NCBI GenBank assembly: GCA_964370015.1
Contig: CAYJHD010000001.1
Coordinates: 16,884 to 80,883, forward strand
Length of the DNA stretch: 64,000 nt
Source: an uncultured Desulfovibrionaceae bacterium
GTDB taxonomy: Bacteria; Desulfobacterota; Desulfovibrionia; Desulfovibrionales; Desulfovibrionaceae
Direction of reading: 5' to 3'
The translations under genes were made by a program, and so were the position numbers. Every line of letters starts with the position of its first letter. The first letter of the stretch is position 1. Shown in pieces: positions 47,852-57,033 of the stretch. The notes under the pieces were generated by a model that saw only the letters and a program-made list of their open reading frames with translations, was not told the DNA's origin and made no database searches.

Positions 47852-48394
47852 ATGGAAAAACAGATTACCTTTACCCTTAACGGAAAATCAGTGAATGCCA
47901 CAGTGCCCACCCATTGGACGCTTATGCAATTTTTGCGTGAAGGCCTTGGGCTCACCGGCACCAAGTGTTCCTGCGCAGAAGGCGAATGTGGCACATGCAC
48001 CGTCATTTATGATGGTAAAGCCGTGACGTCTTGCCTTGTGATGGCCGCTGAAATTGACGGGCATAGCGTGGAAACCATTGAAGGCCTTTCCCAAGGTCTT
48101 TCCACCATTGAAGCTTTGCATCCCTTACAAAAGGCTTTCATTGCCAAGGGTGCCATTCAATGCGGTTTTTGCACACCTGGCATGATTATGGCTGCCAAGG
48201 CCTTGCTTGATGAAAATCCAACCCCCACCGAAGACGACATCAAACAAGCTCTGTACGGTAACCTTTGCCGTTGCACAGGCTATGAAAAAATTCTTGATGC
48301 CGTGCTCAGCGTTGTGAATAAAGAAGAGTTTACCATTGACGACAGCGTGTGGCGCGTAGCTGCCAATGCCGAAGGGCATGGCTGTAAGCAATAA
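47852..48394 (+). CDS. (2Fe-2S)-binding subunit, set 3
   Basis: SCAEGECGTCTV, CGFCTPGM, CRCTGY. C-terminal extension of about 20 aa. Confidence 0.9.
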   Translation: MEKQITFTLNGKSVNATVPTHWTLMQFLREGLGLTGTKCSCAEGECGTCTVIYDGKAVTSCLVMAAEIDGHSVETIEGLSQGLSTIEALHPLQKAFIAKGAIQCGFCTPGMIMAAKALLDENPTPTEDDIKQALYGNLCRCTGYEKILDAVLSVVNKEEFTIDDSVWRVAANAEGHGCKQ

Positions 48395-48483
48395 TCACTC
48401 TGCGCGCCGTATGTTCATACATAAGACATGCGGCGCGCACTATTTTTACCCTTTTGACATTTTTTAAAAGAGACGGGATTTCC

Positions 48484-49860
48484 ATGACAGCGGATTTACT
48501 AATAACTCATGTACATATTGCCACAGCACGCGACACAGTAAAAGGCAGTGTCGCCGTAAAAGACGGGAAAATTTGCGCCATTTTGGCTGAAAATCAAATG
48601 ATTGAAGCCAAAGAAATTGTGGATGGAAAAGGCCACTATCTTATCCCCGGCGGTGTGGACCCCCATGTACATATACGCTATCCCGGATCTGCTCACCGTG
48701 AAACCTTTTCCACCGGCACCAAGGCCGCTGCAGCCGGCGGAAGCACCACCATCATTGAACATCCCATTTCTTCGCCGCCGCAATACTCTCCGGAAATTTT
48801 GCTCAAACGCGTGGAAGCTGCTGCGCCTCAAGCCGTGGTGGACTATGCCTTTTTGGGAGCCGCCGGTGGTGAGTTTCCCGAAGAAATTGAGCGCATTGGC
48901 AAGGCCGGCATTGTGGGATACAAAACTTTTCTCCACGCCGCTCCCGAAGGACGCGATAAAGAATTTCAAGGCCTTACCAGCAAAAACACCTTTGAGCTTC
49001 AAGAAGCCGTGCGCCGCATAGCCAAAACAGGCCTGCTGGCCGCCGCTCACACCGAAGACAATGACCTTGTGGCCGGTACCATTGCCAACTTACGCAAAGA
49101 AGGCAAAGTGCACCCCACCGCACACTGCTTATCTCGTCCGCCTTTGGCAGAAGTGCTGGCCGTGCAAAAACTCCTTGCCCTTGCCAAAGAAGAAGGCGCG
49201 CGCGTGTACCTTGTGCATATCTCCACTCCCGAAGCCGTGGCCCTAGCCAAACAAGCCAAGGCTGAGGGCATGGAAGTGTATGTGGAAACCTGTCCGCATT
49301 ATTTGCACATGAATGCAGGAGCCCTTGAAGCCCATGGCGCCTATGCCAAATGTAATCCGGCCTTACGCGAGCAAGAGCTTGTGGATGGCCTATGGGAATA
49401 TGTGCTTGATGGCACCATTGATGTCATCGCCAGTGACCATGCCCCCTACACTGTGGAAGAAAAAGAAGCCAATCCCGACGATATTTTCAAGGCTCCTGCC
49501 GGTTTCCCCGGCATTGAAACACGCATTCCTTTCATCATGAAGGATGTGCAAGAGGGTAAAATCACCTTAAATCGCGCCGTGGCTTTGCTGTGCACCAATC
49601 CTGCACGTATTTATGGCCTTGAAGGCAAGGGCGACATTGCTCTTGGATACGATGCTGATCTTGTACTGTTGGATCCATACGAAGCCACCACGCTGGACCA
49701 CAAAAATATGTTCACCATGGCCAAAGACATTTGCGCCTTCCAAGATGGTTTAGCTGTGAGCGGCATGCCAAAAATGACTTGGGTTCGCGGCACCTTGGTT
49801 TTTGACCATGGAACCGTTGTGGGTGAAGAAGGTCATGGCCAGTGGCTTAAAAAAGCCTAA
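48484..49860 (+). CDS. Cyclic amidohydrolase (allantoinase / dihydropyrimidinase / hydantoinase family)
   Basis: ORF track 48454; ATG 48484 preferred. PGGVDPHVHIRYPGSAHRETFSTGTKAAAAGGSTTIIEHP, later VHIS and SDHAP. The PG...E.F.TGT.AAA.GG.TT..E.P block looks closest to allantoinase. Confidence 0.85.
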   Translation: MTADLLITHVHIATARDTVKGSVAVKDGKICAILAENQMIEAKEIVDGKGHYLIPGGVDPHVHIRYPGSAHRETFSTGTKAAAAGGSTTIIEHPISSPPQYSPEILLKRVEAAAPQAVVDYAFLGAAGGEFPEEIERIGKAGIVGYKTFLHAAPEGRDKEFQGLTSKNTFELQEAVRRIAKTGLLAAAHTEDNDLVAGTIANLRKEGKVHPTAHCLSRPPLAEVLAVQKLLALAKEEGARVYLVHISTPEAVALAKQAKAEGMEVYVETCPHYLHMNAGALEAHGAYAKCNPALREQELVDGLWEYVLDGTIDVIASDHAPYTVEEKEANPDDIFKAPAGFPGIETRIPFIMKDVQEGKITLNRAVALLCTNPARIYGLEGKGDIALGYDADLVLLDPYEATTLDHKNMFTMAKDICAFQDGLAVSGMPKMTWVRGTLVFDHGTVVGEEGHGQWLKKA

Positions 49861-49935
49861 CAGGCTATCCAAAAAGCAAGTTACGTTGTCAGTGTAAAAA
49901 AGCCAAAGAGCTTATGTAGCATCAAGGAGAATTTC

Positions 49936-51126
49936 ATGGCAAAGATTAATGCAGAACGTCTTATGCAAAGCATACGTGAACAGGGAGCCATTGGTTGGCA
50001 AGAAGCTGGTCTTTTTAGAGAAGGTTTCACCGAAAACTTTTTTGCCGTACGCGATTACGTGCAAAAAGACCTTGAAGCCCACGGCATAGCCACGCGCATA
50101 GACTCTTTGGGCAATCTTTTTGGTATTGTTCCCGGTAAAAATCCTGAGTCCATCATCTTAAGCGGCTCTCATTTAGACTCTGTGAAAGCCGGTGGCATTT
50201 TGGACGGTGCCTATGGCGTCATGGCTGCGGTGGAAATTGCCAAATGCCTCAAAGAGCAAAATATCACCTTGGAGCATAGCTTTGAAGTGGTGGGTTTCAA
50301 TGCCGAAGAAGGCAGCGACCTTGGCGGTAGCTTTGGTAGCCGCGCCTTTAGCGGTATGATGAAAGAATATCCCCCCCAAGACGTGCTGGCCAAATATAAG
50401 CTCACCGAAAAAGATATTGATGATGCCAAAGGGCAATTGCAAAAGTATGCGGCCTTTTTGGAATTACACATAGAGCAAGGCATTGTCTTACACGAAAATA
50501 GCATTGCGCTGGGCGTGCCCACTGCCATTGCCGGCATTACGCGCTACAGCTGCAAAGTATTTGGTCGTAGCAATCACTCTGGCACAACACCCATGCAAAT
50601 GCGCAAAGATGCCCTCTTTGAAACCATGCAAGCCATGACTGCTTGGATGGAATATATGCGCAAAGAAGAAACCATGGTGTGCAATATTGGCTATATGAAT
50701 GTGAAACCGGGGCATATTTGCGTGGTTCCCGAAGAGGTGGAATTCACCGTGGAAATGCGCGCCATTGACCATAAAGACATTGAACGCGGCGCGGCCTATT
50801 TGGAAGAATGCTTCCAAAACATGCCCACCTGCACTGCCAGTGTCTCCTTACAAATAGACAAGCCTTCTGCTGCCCTGCACGAAGGCCTTGCCCAAAGCAT
50901 TTATGAAACGGGTCTTAGCCAAGGCTATTCCATCCAAAAGATGATCAGCGGTGCCTCACATGATGCCAGCCCCATTTCTTATGTGATGCCCACGGCCATG
51001 ATATTTGTGCCCAGTGTGGATGGTATAAGTCACGCACCGGAAGAGTTTACCAGTGAGCAAGACCTTATCATGGGTACGCAATTGCTCATGGATAGCTTGC
51101 TCAGTATGGATAAGCAAGCATTGTAA
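49936..51126 (+). CDS. M20 Zn-dependent amidohydrolase, AllC/AmaB family, paralog 2
   Basis: INAERLMQSIREQGAIG, IDSLGNLFGIVPG, SGSHLDSVKAGGILDGAYGV, FNAEEGS, ISGASHDA. Confidence 0.85.
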   Translation: MAKINAERLMQSIREQGAIGWQEAGLFREGFTENFFAVRDYVQKDLEAHGIATRIDSLGNLFGIVPGKNPESIILSGSHLDSVKAGGILDGAYGVMAAVEIAKCLKEQNITLEHSFEVVGFNAEEGSDLGGSFGSRAFSGMMKEYPPQDVLAKYKLTEKDIDDAKGQLQKYAAFLELHIEQGIVLHENSIALGVPTAIAGITRYSCKVFGRSNHSGTTPMQMRKDALFETMQAMTAWMEYMRKEETMVCNIGYMNVKPGHICVVPEEVEFTVEMRAIDHKDIERGAAYLEECFQNMPTCTASVSLQIDKPSAALHEGLAQSIYETGLSQGYSIQKMISGASHDASPISYVMPTAMIFVPSVDGISHAPEEFTSEQDLIMGTQLLMDSLLSMDKQAL

Positions 51127-51136
51127 GGAAAATATA

Positions 51137-51245
51137 CTGGGTGAAAACCTTTTCTGAAGAAAAGGTTCTTCCCCCAGACCCCCTTTCCAAAAAACTTTCA
51201 TTGCGACAAAATCTTATCTTTAACAAATAAGATTTTGTCGCAATG
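51137..51245. repeat. Composite intergenic repeat: hairpin-family copy plus a 19-bp perfect inverted repeat
   Basis: CTGGGTGAAAACCTTTTC-TGAA-GAAAAGGTTCTTCCCCCAG (51137-51177). The reverse complement of 51181-51207 is gtcgcaatgaaagttttttggaaaggg, which matches 18875-18900. CATTGCGACAAAATCTTAT (51199-51217) / ATAAGATTTTGTCGCAATG (51227-51245). Confidence 0.55.
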
Positions 51246-51366
51246 AAATAGTATAAAATATACACTTATGGAATGATTTTTTGTTAAAAAATCTTTTATT
51301 ATGCAATCTAAGGCCTCCACGCATTGTGCGGGGCCTTTTGTTTTATATATGATTACAGCGTGGTTT

Positions 51367-52131
51367 TTACGAAGTAGCAGTTTCTTTATAACCAAACAAC
51401 GTGGAAACTTCATGCGCTGCTTGTAATAAATCCTGAATATTTTGCTGCGTATCGCCTTCAGACAGACGAAATTCCGGCCCAACAATGCTTAAAGAGCCCA
51501 TCACTGATGCCGTATGGTTAAACAAAGGAGCTGAAATGGCATAAACACCTTTATCCAACTGCCCCACGGAAATTAAATAACCATCTTTACGTCCTTGGGC
51601 TCGCCATAGCTCCATATCAGCAGGAGGCTGCGTATGAAAAGAATGCGCTTGCACTTCAATGACTTCTTGCAGCTCTTTATCATCAAGAAAGGACGTTATG
51701 ATACGGCCCGTGGCCCCCAAAAAGGGATGCACATATTGCCCCACACTGGAGGCTATTTTCACCATATGATTGCTTTCCACATGCTCAAGACATACAGCTC
51801 TAAAATTTTCATATTGCACAAGCACGACACTTTCGCCACATGCACGCACAAGATGCTGCATAAAGGGTAAAGCTTCACGCTTAAGTCTATTTTGCTCGGT
51901 AAGCCATGCGGCAAAATGGTACATCTCTGCACCAAGCACATATCTTCCATTGGGGGTTACACTTAAAAAACCTTCTGTTTTTAAGGTGTGTACCATGCGA
52001 AAGACAGTGCTTTTATTCAATTGCACCTGCGAGGACAATTCCATCAGCGACCATTCTGTCTTATTGGCTGTAAAGCATTTTAAGATGCTCAACGCGCGCA
52101 CCACAGATTGCACAGAATGACTACTATCCAT
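51367..52131 (-). CDS. IclR family transcriptional regulator
   Basis: ORF track extends to 52182; ATG 52131 (GGGAGAA just upstream). VQSVVRALSILKCF ... WSLMELSSQVQLNKSTVFRMVHTLKTEGFL (wHTH), then an IclR-type effector domain (ISAPLFNHTASVMGSLSIVGP). Confidence 0.85.
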   Translation of the reverse strand: MDSSHSVQSVVRALSILKCFTANKTEWSLMELSSQVQLNKSTVFRMVHTLKTEGFLSVTPNGRYVLGAEMYHFAAWLTEQNRLKREALPFMQHLVRACGESVVLVQYENFRAVCLEHVESNHMVKIASSVGQYVHPFLGATGRIITSFLDDKELQEVIEVQAHSFHTQPPADMELWRAQGRKDGYLISVGQLDKGVYAISAPLFNHTASVMGSLSIVGPEFRLSEGDTQQNIQDLLQAAHEVSTLFGYKETATS

Positions 52132-52401
52132 ATATTCTCCCATATTCCATATGAACTCAAACCTAAATACATGTAGGTACATCTTAACGATATGATAAAA
52201 AGCTATGTGCTACTCTATCCTCGCGCGAAGGCACCCGCAAAGCATAAATACACCAAGTGCGACGCATTGTACACAAACATAATAAGGTTCTGATACAGTC
52301 AAGGAGAAAAACCAAGCAAAGCTCTACACTGTTAAATATAAAGATTTTTTCTATGGTAAAGTAAAAACATACACTCTGATATACATTATATCATTACTTT
52401 T

Positions 52402-53100
52402 TTAATATATCATTCTCTTGGTCATGCCACCATCAACAATTATGTTGGCTCCATTTATAAAATCATTTTCAGGATTTGCTAAAAACAAACAAACATTTGA
52501 AATATCACGTGGTTTACCCACTCTATTTGAAGGATGTATGGTGTGATCGCGTTCCTCAAGTTCTTTCCAAGCACCTGTATATATATGGCCAGGACTTATG
52601 GCATTTACTGTTATATGTGTTCCTCTTAAAGACACACACAAGGAATTTGTGAGCGATACCATGCCGCCCTTACTCATCCCATATAATTCCCAATCTTCCA
52701 TGTTTTGATGCCATCTTGTGGAAGATATATTTATTATCCGACCATAGTTTTCGCCTTGATTAAGCTGTATGAATTCTTTAGCACACAAAAACGCACCGCG
52801 CAGATTTGTATCCATAACACTATTATAATCTTCGAGGCTTACTTCTGTTATACGTTTTACAAAAACAGATACGGCTCCATTGTTAATTAAAATGTGGGCT
52901 TTAGTATATTTTTCTTTTATATATCGAAAGGCTTTTTCAATGGATTTTGGGTCTGCGAGATTTGTTTCAAAAAAATCTATACCTTTTTCTTGCGCTGGCT
53001 TAACATCTAAAACAATAACTGTATGACCTTCTTTAAGAAACCTTTGTGCCATATCTTTGCCTAATCCCTGCGCACCGCCAGTGACAATACATATTTTCAT
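52402..53100 (-). CDS. SDR family oxidoreductase
   Basis: MKICIVTGGAQGLGKDMA (TGxxxGxG), NNGA, YGMSKGG (YxxxK). AT-rich. Confidence 0.88.
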   Translation of the reverse strand: MKICIVTGGAQGLGKDMAQRFLKEGHTVIVLDVKPAQEKGIDFFETNLADPKSIEKAFRYIKEKYTKAHILINNGAVSVFVKRITEVSLEDYNSVMDTNLRGAFLCAKEFIQLNQGENYGRIINISSTRWHQNMEDWELYGMSKGGMVSLTNSLCVSLRGTHITVNAISPGHIYTGAWKELEERDHTIHPSNRVGKPRDISNVCLFLANPENDFINGANIIVDGGMTKRMIY

Positions 53101-53281
53101 GATAAAACCTCTATATACTAATTTATTTCATAAATTATCATTTCAGAGTGTTAAACATTACACATGCAATATAAAAGCATGTACATTATTTTACTTTTTT
53201 TAATACAAATACGCTCATTTAGCATACACTGCGCCATGGGCTCTAAGATCGCCATGCCAAAAGCATCAATTAAAATCTCGT

Positions 53282-54274
53282 TTAAAGTACAGTAATGCAG
53301 GCAGTTTCGTAAGCTTCAATACGCACCTCACCGCCAATGGGAAAAGTAAAGAAAGGAGTAGTATGCCCAAAGTCAGCACCTCCTATGACGGGAATATGGT
53401 CGAGCTCTGGCTTGTTTTTTATAAGGGATATCCACTTTTCTTTAAACATATTACTTTCTTTTTCTGCTCGTCCCAAAACAATACCTTTTACAGCCGCAAA
53501 GCTCGGTAAATGTATGAGAGATTGTAAATCTCTATCAAAGTTAAAAAGAAAGTCTTTCCCTGTAAGAGCATCATCCTCAAGAAAAAGGACTTTGTTTTCT
53601 ATGCTTGGCATATACTCTGTACCTTGTAAAAGATTCAATGTACAAAGATTGCCGCCTACAATACTTCCTTGAGCTGTACCTTTGTTTATGACAAACATGC
53701 CATCATTATCATAAAAAATTCTGTTTTCTTGATCTTTATACCAAGCATCATTACTCCATTGTGAGGAGCTTGTGAGAGGAATAGGACTTTGCTGAAAGAA
53801 TATTTTTTCAAAATACTCTATGGTATAATCTAAGCCGTGAAGCATTCCGAAAGAGGAAAAATGCGGCCCTGAGTATGTAACAAGCCCTGTTTTGGCATGA
53901 ATAGCATTGGACAAAGCCGTTATATCTGAAAAGCCGCAAAAAATTTTAGGATTTTCTCTTATAAGGTCATAATCCAAGTATTCCAAAAGCTGATTTGCAT
54001 TATAACCACCCAAGGTCGTCAATATGGCTTTAACTTGTGAGTCTTTAAAGGCCTCATGAATATCATGAACCCTATGAGCAATACTGCCATTATTATAATA
54101 AAGATTATTTTCTTCAGCATACTGACTAAAGGTCACTTTAAGGCCAAGTTCTGACAATCTTTGCATGGCTAAGGCCCTGACATGAGTATCGATTAAACTC
54201 AAACTGCGCGATGGAGCAACGACTCTTACTTCATGGCCATGTTGTAACGGGAGGGGAGGCAAATTGGGTATCAT
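53282..54274 (-). CDS. S66 family LD-carboxypeptidase (LdcA/MccF-like)
   Basis: VRVVAPSRSL, GGYNANQLL, CGFSDITAL (nucleophile Ser), FLEDD, DFGHTTP. Confidence 0.85.
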   Translation of the reverse strand: MIPNLPPLPLQHGHEVRVVAPSRSLSLIDTHVRALAMQRLSELGLKVTFSQYAEENNLYYNNGSIAHRVHDIHEAFKDSQVKAILTTLGGYNANQLLEYLDYDLIRENPKIFCGFSDITALSNAIHAKTGLVTYSGPHFSSFGMLHGLDYTIEYFEKIFFQQSPIPLTSSSQWSNDAWYKDQENRIFYDNDGMFVINKGTAQGSIVGGNLCTLNLLQGTEYMPSIENKVLFLEDDALTGKDFLFNFDRDLQSLIHLPSFAAVKGIVLGRAEKESNMFKEKWISLIKNKPELDHIPVIGGADFGHTTPFFTFPIGGEVRIEAYETACITVL

Positions 54275-54533
54275 GACCTTACCTTCTTAAAGTTTCAATG
54301 CCTACAGTTAACACTATTTGACATATCAAAATATGCGTTTTCACAACTCAAAGTACAGTTTTTATAAACTATATTCATTTATGACACGTAAACTAATTCA
54401 TGAGAATACTCTTTAAAATTGTACATATAATTGCTAAAAAAAGAGCTTGCACGAACTACAACCTCCTTTTATAGATAAAATATTTACACAAAATCATGGA
54501 ATATTATTTATCTTGCACTCAAAAACTATTCAA

Positions 54534-55982
54534 CTATCCAGTGGCACTTCGTGATGGGTCTATACTTTTGGCAAGGACATTTTCTATTTGCTGCGCCATG
54601 TCATCTTTAAACATAAGTGTATTACGCTGGGAGTGCGTTTGAGAAGAACCAGCTGTATCATTTGCTGAAGACTTTGTTTTTTCAGATGATGCATTTTTAC
54701 CGTTTTGCTTTTGTTCATTCAAAATACTATCAACCACTTGCCCAAGAAGAGCACCAGTAACCATGGCCTTTTCTTCAGCAATACGTATGATAGAATCTTG
54801 ATTATCTTTAATCTCTACAGAACTTTGCTTTCCGGACATTTGTATACTACTAAAATATGCTGTAGTAATATTGACCGTATTTTCTCCATAGCCACCTTCT
54901 AGAGTCGCTTCCTTTATTTGGTCTAGAGAAATAGTATTATCTCCATCACCTACGACAATATCACCTCTAAAAACGCCAGAACCAATGGAAATTTCATTAT
55001 CTCCATTGCCAACTGTTATGGAGTTAGTGCTATTTTCTGAATCACTTAAGAGTGTGAGAATGGAAATTATATTATCCCCTTCTCCGCCATCAATGGTAAA
55101 ACTACTGGCCGTAAGCGAACCTATTTGAATATTATCGTTACCGTCCCCGCCATGGAGGGTAAGATTTGCAGCTTGCAATGTGCCTATGCTAATACTATCG
55201 TCACCATCTCCGGCACTTATGTCAAGATCACCATGAACCCTAAGACTATGGCTCTCTATGGTGTCATCACCTTCACCAAGGTCGATAGTGAGCTCATCAA
55301 AAACAGTATCGCCAAAAATAATCTCATCATCTCCGGCTCCGGCACTAATGGTGGCAGATTTACTCAGTTGAAATATGACATCATCCCCACCACCGGCGTT
55401 CACGTATGTACCATTGCGATTAATAATGTAATCCTTACCTTCTGTGCCGGTGAGAGGGTCAAAACTACCTCTTTCAGAAGCTATGCGATTACCGTCTTTG
55501 TCATAAGTAACGCGAAGCATATCCGTAACAACAGTTACAGTGCCATCCTCACCTTCGGTTACCCTAAAATTACCATCATTGATAAAGGGTAAAGCAAGTG
55601 TAATACCGCTAGGTAAAGTGAGTTCATTGGCGTCAGGATTGATGGAGAGTTTTCCCCCTGCCAAAGTAGAACCTGCCTCTGCATTCACAAAGGAAATTTT
55701 TGTGCTCACAGCATCCGCAAGGGTTTCCCCCATGGGCCCATTGGAAGTAGTTCGTTTCAATTTATCCGTATTTCGTGCAAGAGCACTTTGTGCTTCCTCT
55801 CCCCATAGACCAACTCTTGAACCTGTATATGCTGTCCCTGAGCTGGCATTTTCAAGAAAATCAAAGCCAAAGCCACTGGATGCACCTGCGCCACCTAAAG
55901 CTTTTGAAGATGCCTGTGTGGAGGGCAAAAAACTTGTCTGATTAGATACACTTGTAACAGTACTCATTATGAGATCCTCCAA
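54534..55982 (-). CDS. Acidic repeat protein with about 10 G-(D/E)-G-D-(D/N)-x-I units, no signal peptide (possible non-Sec secreted, Ca-binding beta-solenoid)
   Basis: AGGGDDVIF, AGAGDDEIIF, LGEGDDTIE, AGDGDDSISI, GGDGNDNIQI, GGEGDNIISI, VGNGDNEISI, VGDGDNTISL and GGYGENTVNI, spaced about 17-22 aa apart. Ser/Thr-rich N- and C-termini. Confidence 0.6.
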   Translation of the reverse strand: MEDLIMSTVTSVSNQTSFLPSTQASSKALGGAGASSGFGFDFLENASSGTAYTGSRVGLWGEEAQSALARNTDKLKRTTSNGPMGETLADAVSTKISFVNAEAGSTLAGGKLSINPDANELTLPSGITLALPFINDGNFRVTEGEDGTVTVVTDMLRVTYDKDGNRIASERGSFDPLTGTEGKDYIINRNGTYVNAGGGDDVIFQLSKSATISAGAGDDEIIFGDTVFDELTIDLGEGDDTIESHSLRVHGDLDISAGDGDDSISIGTLQAANLTLHGGDGNDNIQIGSLTASSFTIDGGEGDNIISILTLLSDSENSTNSITVGNGDNEISIGSGVFRGDIVVGDGDNTISLDQIKEATLEGGYGENTVNITTAYFSSIQMSGKQSSVEIKDNQDSIIRIAEEKAMVTGALLGQVVDSILNEQKQNGKNASSEKTKSSANDTAGSSQTHSQRNTLMFKDDMAQQIENVLAKSIDPSRSATG

Positions 55983-56118
55983 ACCTTACATAAATACAAA
56001 CCCGTTTGGTACGTAAGGAAAAAATTACCGATGAAAGCTATCTCGTTAATTTCATGCAAAATTCACTCCAGATTTACAGGAAAATGAAGCTGAATATTTG
56101 GACGGTTTATCACTGAAA

Positions 56119-56154
56119 CGAAAAAAGGAGACTGTATATAACTACAATCTCCTT
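56119..56154 (-). terminator. Rho-independent terminator after the 197-aa membrane protein gene
   Basis: Minus strand AAGGAGATTGTA-loop-TACAGTCTCCTT followed by TTTTTTCG. Stem arms at 56125-56136 and 56143-56154, with one mismatch. Confidence 0.6.
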
Positions 56155-56343
56155 CATATGTTCCACATTAAACCTGACAACACTATGAATAGTGCCATAA
56201 CTATGTGAATAACACCCAAAATAGAGGTTAACCATGCTTACGCTCTGACGTTTTGAATGAGGCAAGAAAAGTAAAAGAAATTTCACGCTCCACGATAAAT
56301 TGCGTGAAAACTTTTTGTCATTAAAAGCCCAAAAGCATACACT

Positions 56344-56937
56344 CTAGTCTTCTTTTTCATCAACAAGTTGCATTTGTTTGCTGGCCCCTACAGCACCTAA
56401 AAGGCAAGCCACCACCACACAAACTATGGTTGTCCCCTGCGAAAATTCAGATTCCACGGAGATGTGATAAGCAAAACCACCATAGCAACCGAGAATATAG
56501 CACCAAAAAATACCATAACCCAAGAGCCGCAAAGGCTTTGAAAGCGTTCCAATAGAAACAAGAATAAAACGGAATACCTGCCACATAATAAAAGTTAGCG
56601 CCACTAAAGTTACCAGATTAGCAGCCAAAAGCATCAGTCCGTCCATAAAGTGCCGATAGACCTCATGCCACAAAAAGACCATGATAAGCCAAGCCGGCAA
56701 CAAGGCAGGAATGTTTTTTAGTATGGAGAAGATACTATGTAAAACAAATTCTACAGCATGTGAGCCGTCACCAGAACTTACACTTGTTTCCTGACTTTTT
56801 GCGTATTCGTATGCCTTATAATTTTGCCTATCACGCTCTTCCTGTTCTTTTCTGTATAATTCGTTAACTTTGTACTCAGCTTCGCTTTCAGTAAATGAAC
56901 TTTCTATGGCATCTTTTATTTGGCCTTCAGTGGGCAT
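56344..56937 (-). CDS. Hypothetical membrane protein (charged N-terminus, about 4 TM)
   Basis: 197-aa ORF. N-terminal EAEYKVNELYRKEQEERDRQNYKAYEYAKSQ, then hydrophobic segments. No family recognised. Confidence 0.5.
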   Translation of the reverse strand: MPTEGQIKDAIESSFTESEAEYKVNELYRKEQEERDRQNYKAYEYAKSQETSVSSGDGSHAVEFVLHSIFSILKNIPALLPAWLIMVFLWHEVYRHFMDGLMLLAANLVTLVALTFIMWQVFRFILVSIGTLSKPLRLLGYGIFWCYILGCYGGFAYHISVESEFSQGTTIVCVVVACLLGAVGASKQMQLVDEKED

Positions 56938-57033
56938 TGGACACCTCCCGCAAATATCAAATAGTAGTTTTAGACAAAATACTTTTTAAAATATATAAGC
57001 ACCGCCTCATAAAAGACGGTGCCCATAACTTGC

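Noticed and set aside
33694-48391. Many long antisense or out-of-frame ORFs inside the hydroxylase genes, e.g. 33694-34254(-), 41123-41809(-), 44013-44567(-), 44933-45535(-), 46049-46777(-), 48125-48391(-).
   Set aside because: Each is fully nested in a sense-strand gene with clear family motifs. Their translations are low-complexity and His/Gly/Ala-rich with no motifs. They are shadow ORFs.
29179-51126. In-frame TGA (selenocysteine) recoding in the selenium-related cluster.
   Set aside because: All genes are uninterrupted ORFs of family-typical length. I saw no pair of adjacent same-frame ORFs split by a single TGA, and the YqeB/YqeC system concerns a labile Se cofactor rather than Sec.
51198-51485. 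A 95-aa minus-strand ORF overlapping the 19-bp inverted repeat and the 3' end of the IclR gene.
   Set aside because: It is largely made of repeat and intergenic AT-rich sequence and overlaps iclR out of frame. No motifs were found.
54900-55400. Regularly spaced DNA repeats, considered as a CRISPR-like array; also 58120-58340.
   Set aside because: Both lie inside long ORFs and encode protein repeats (GDGDD units; a Lys/Glu/Ala/Pro linker). There are no spacer-like unique intervals of constant length and no cas genes anywhere in the window.
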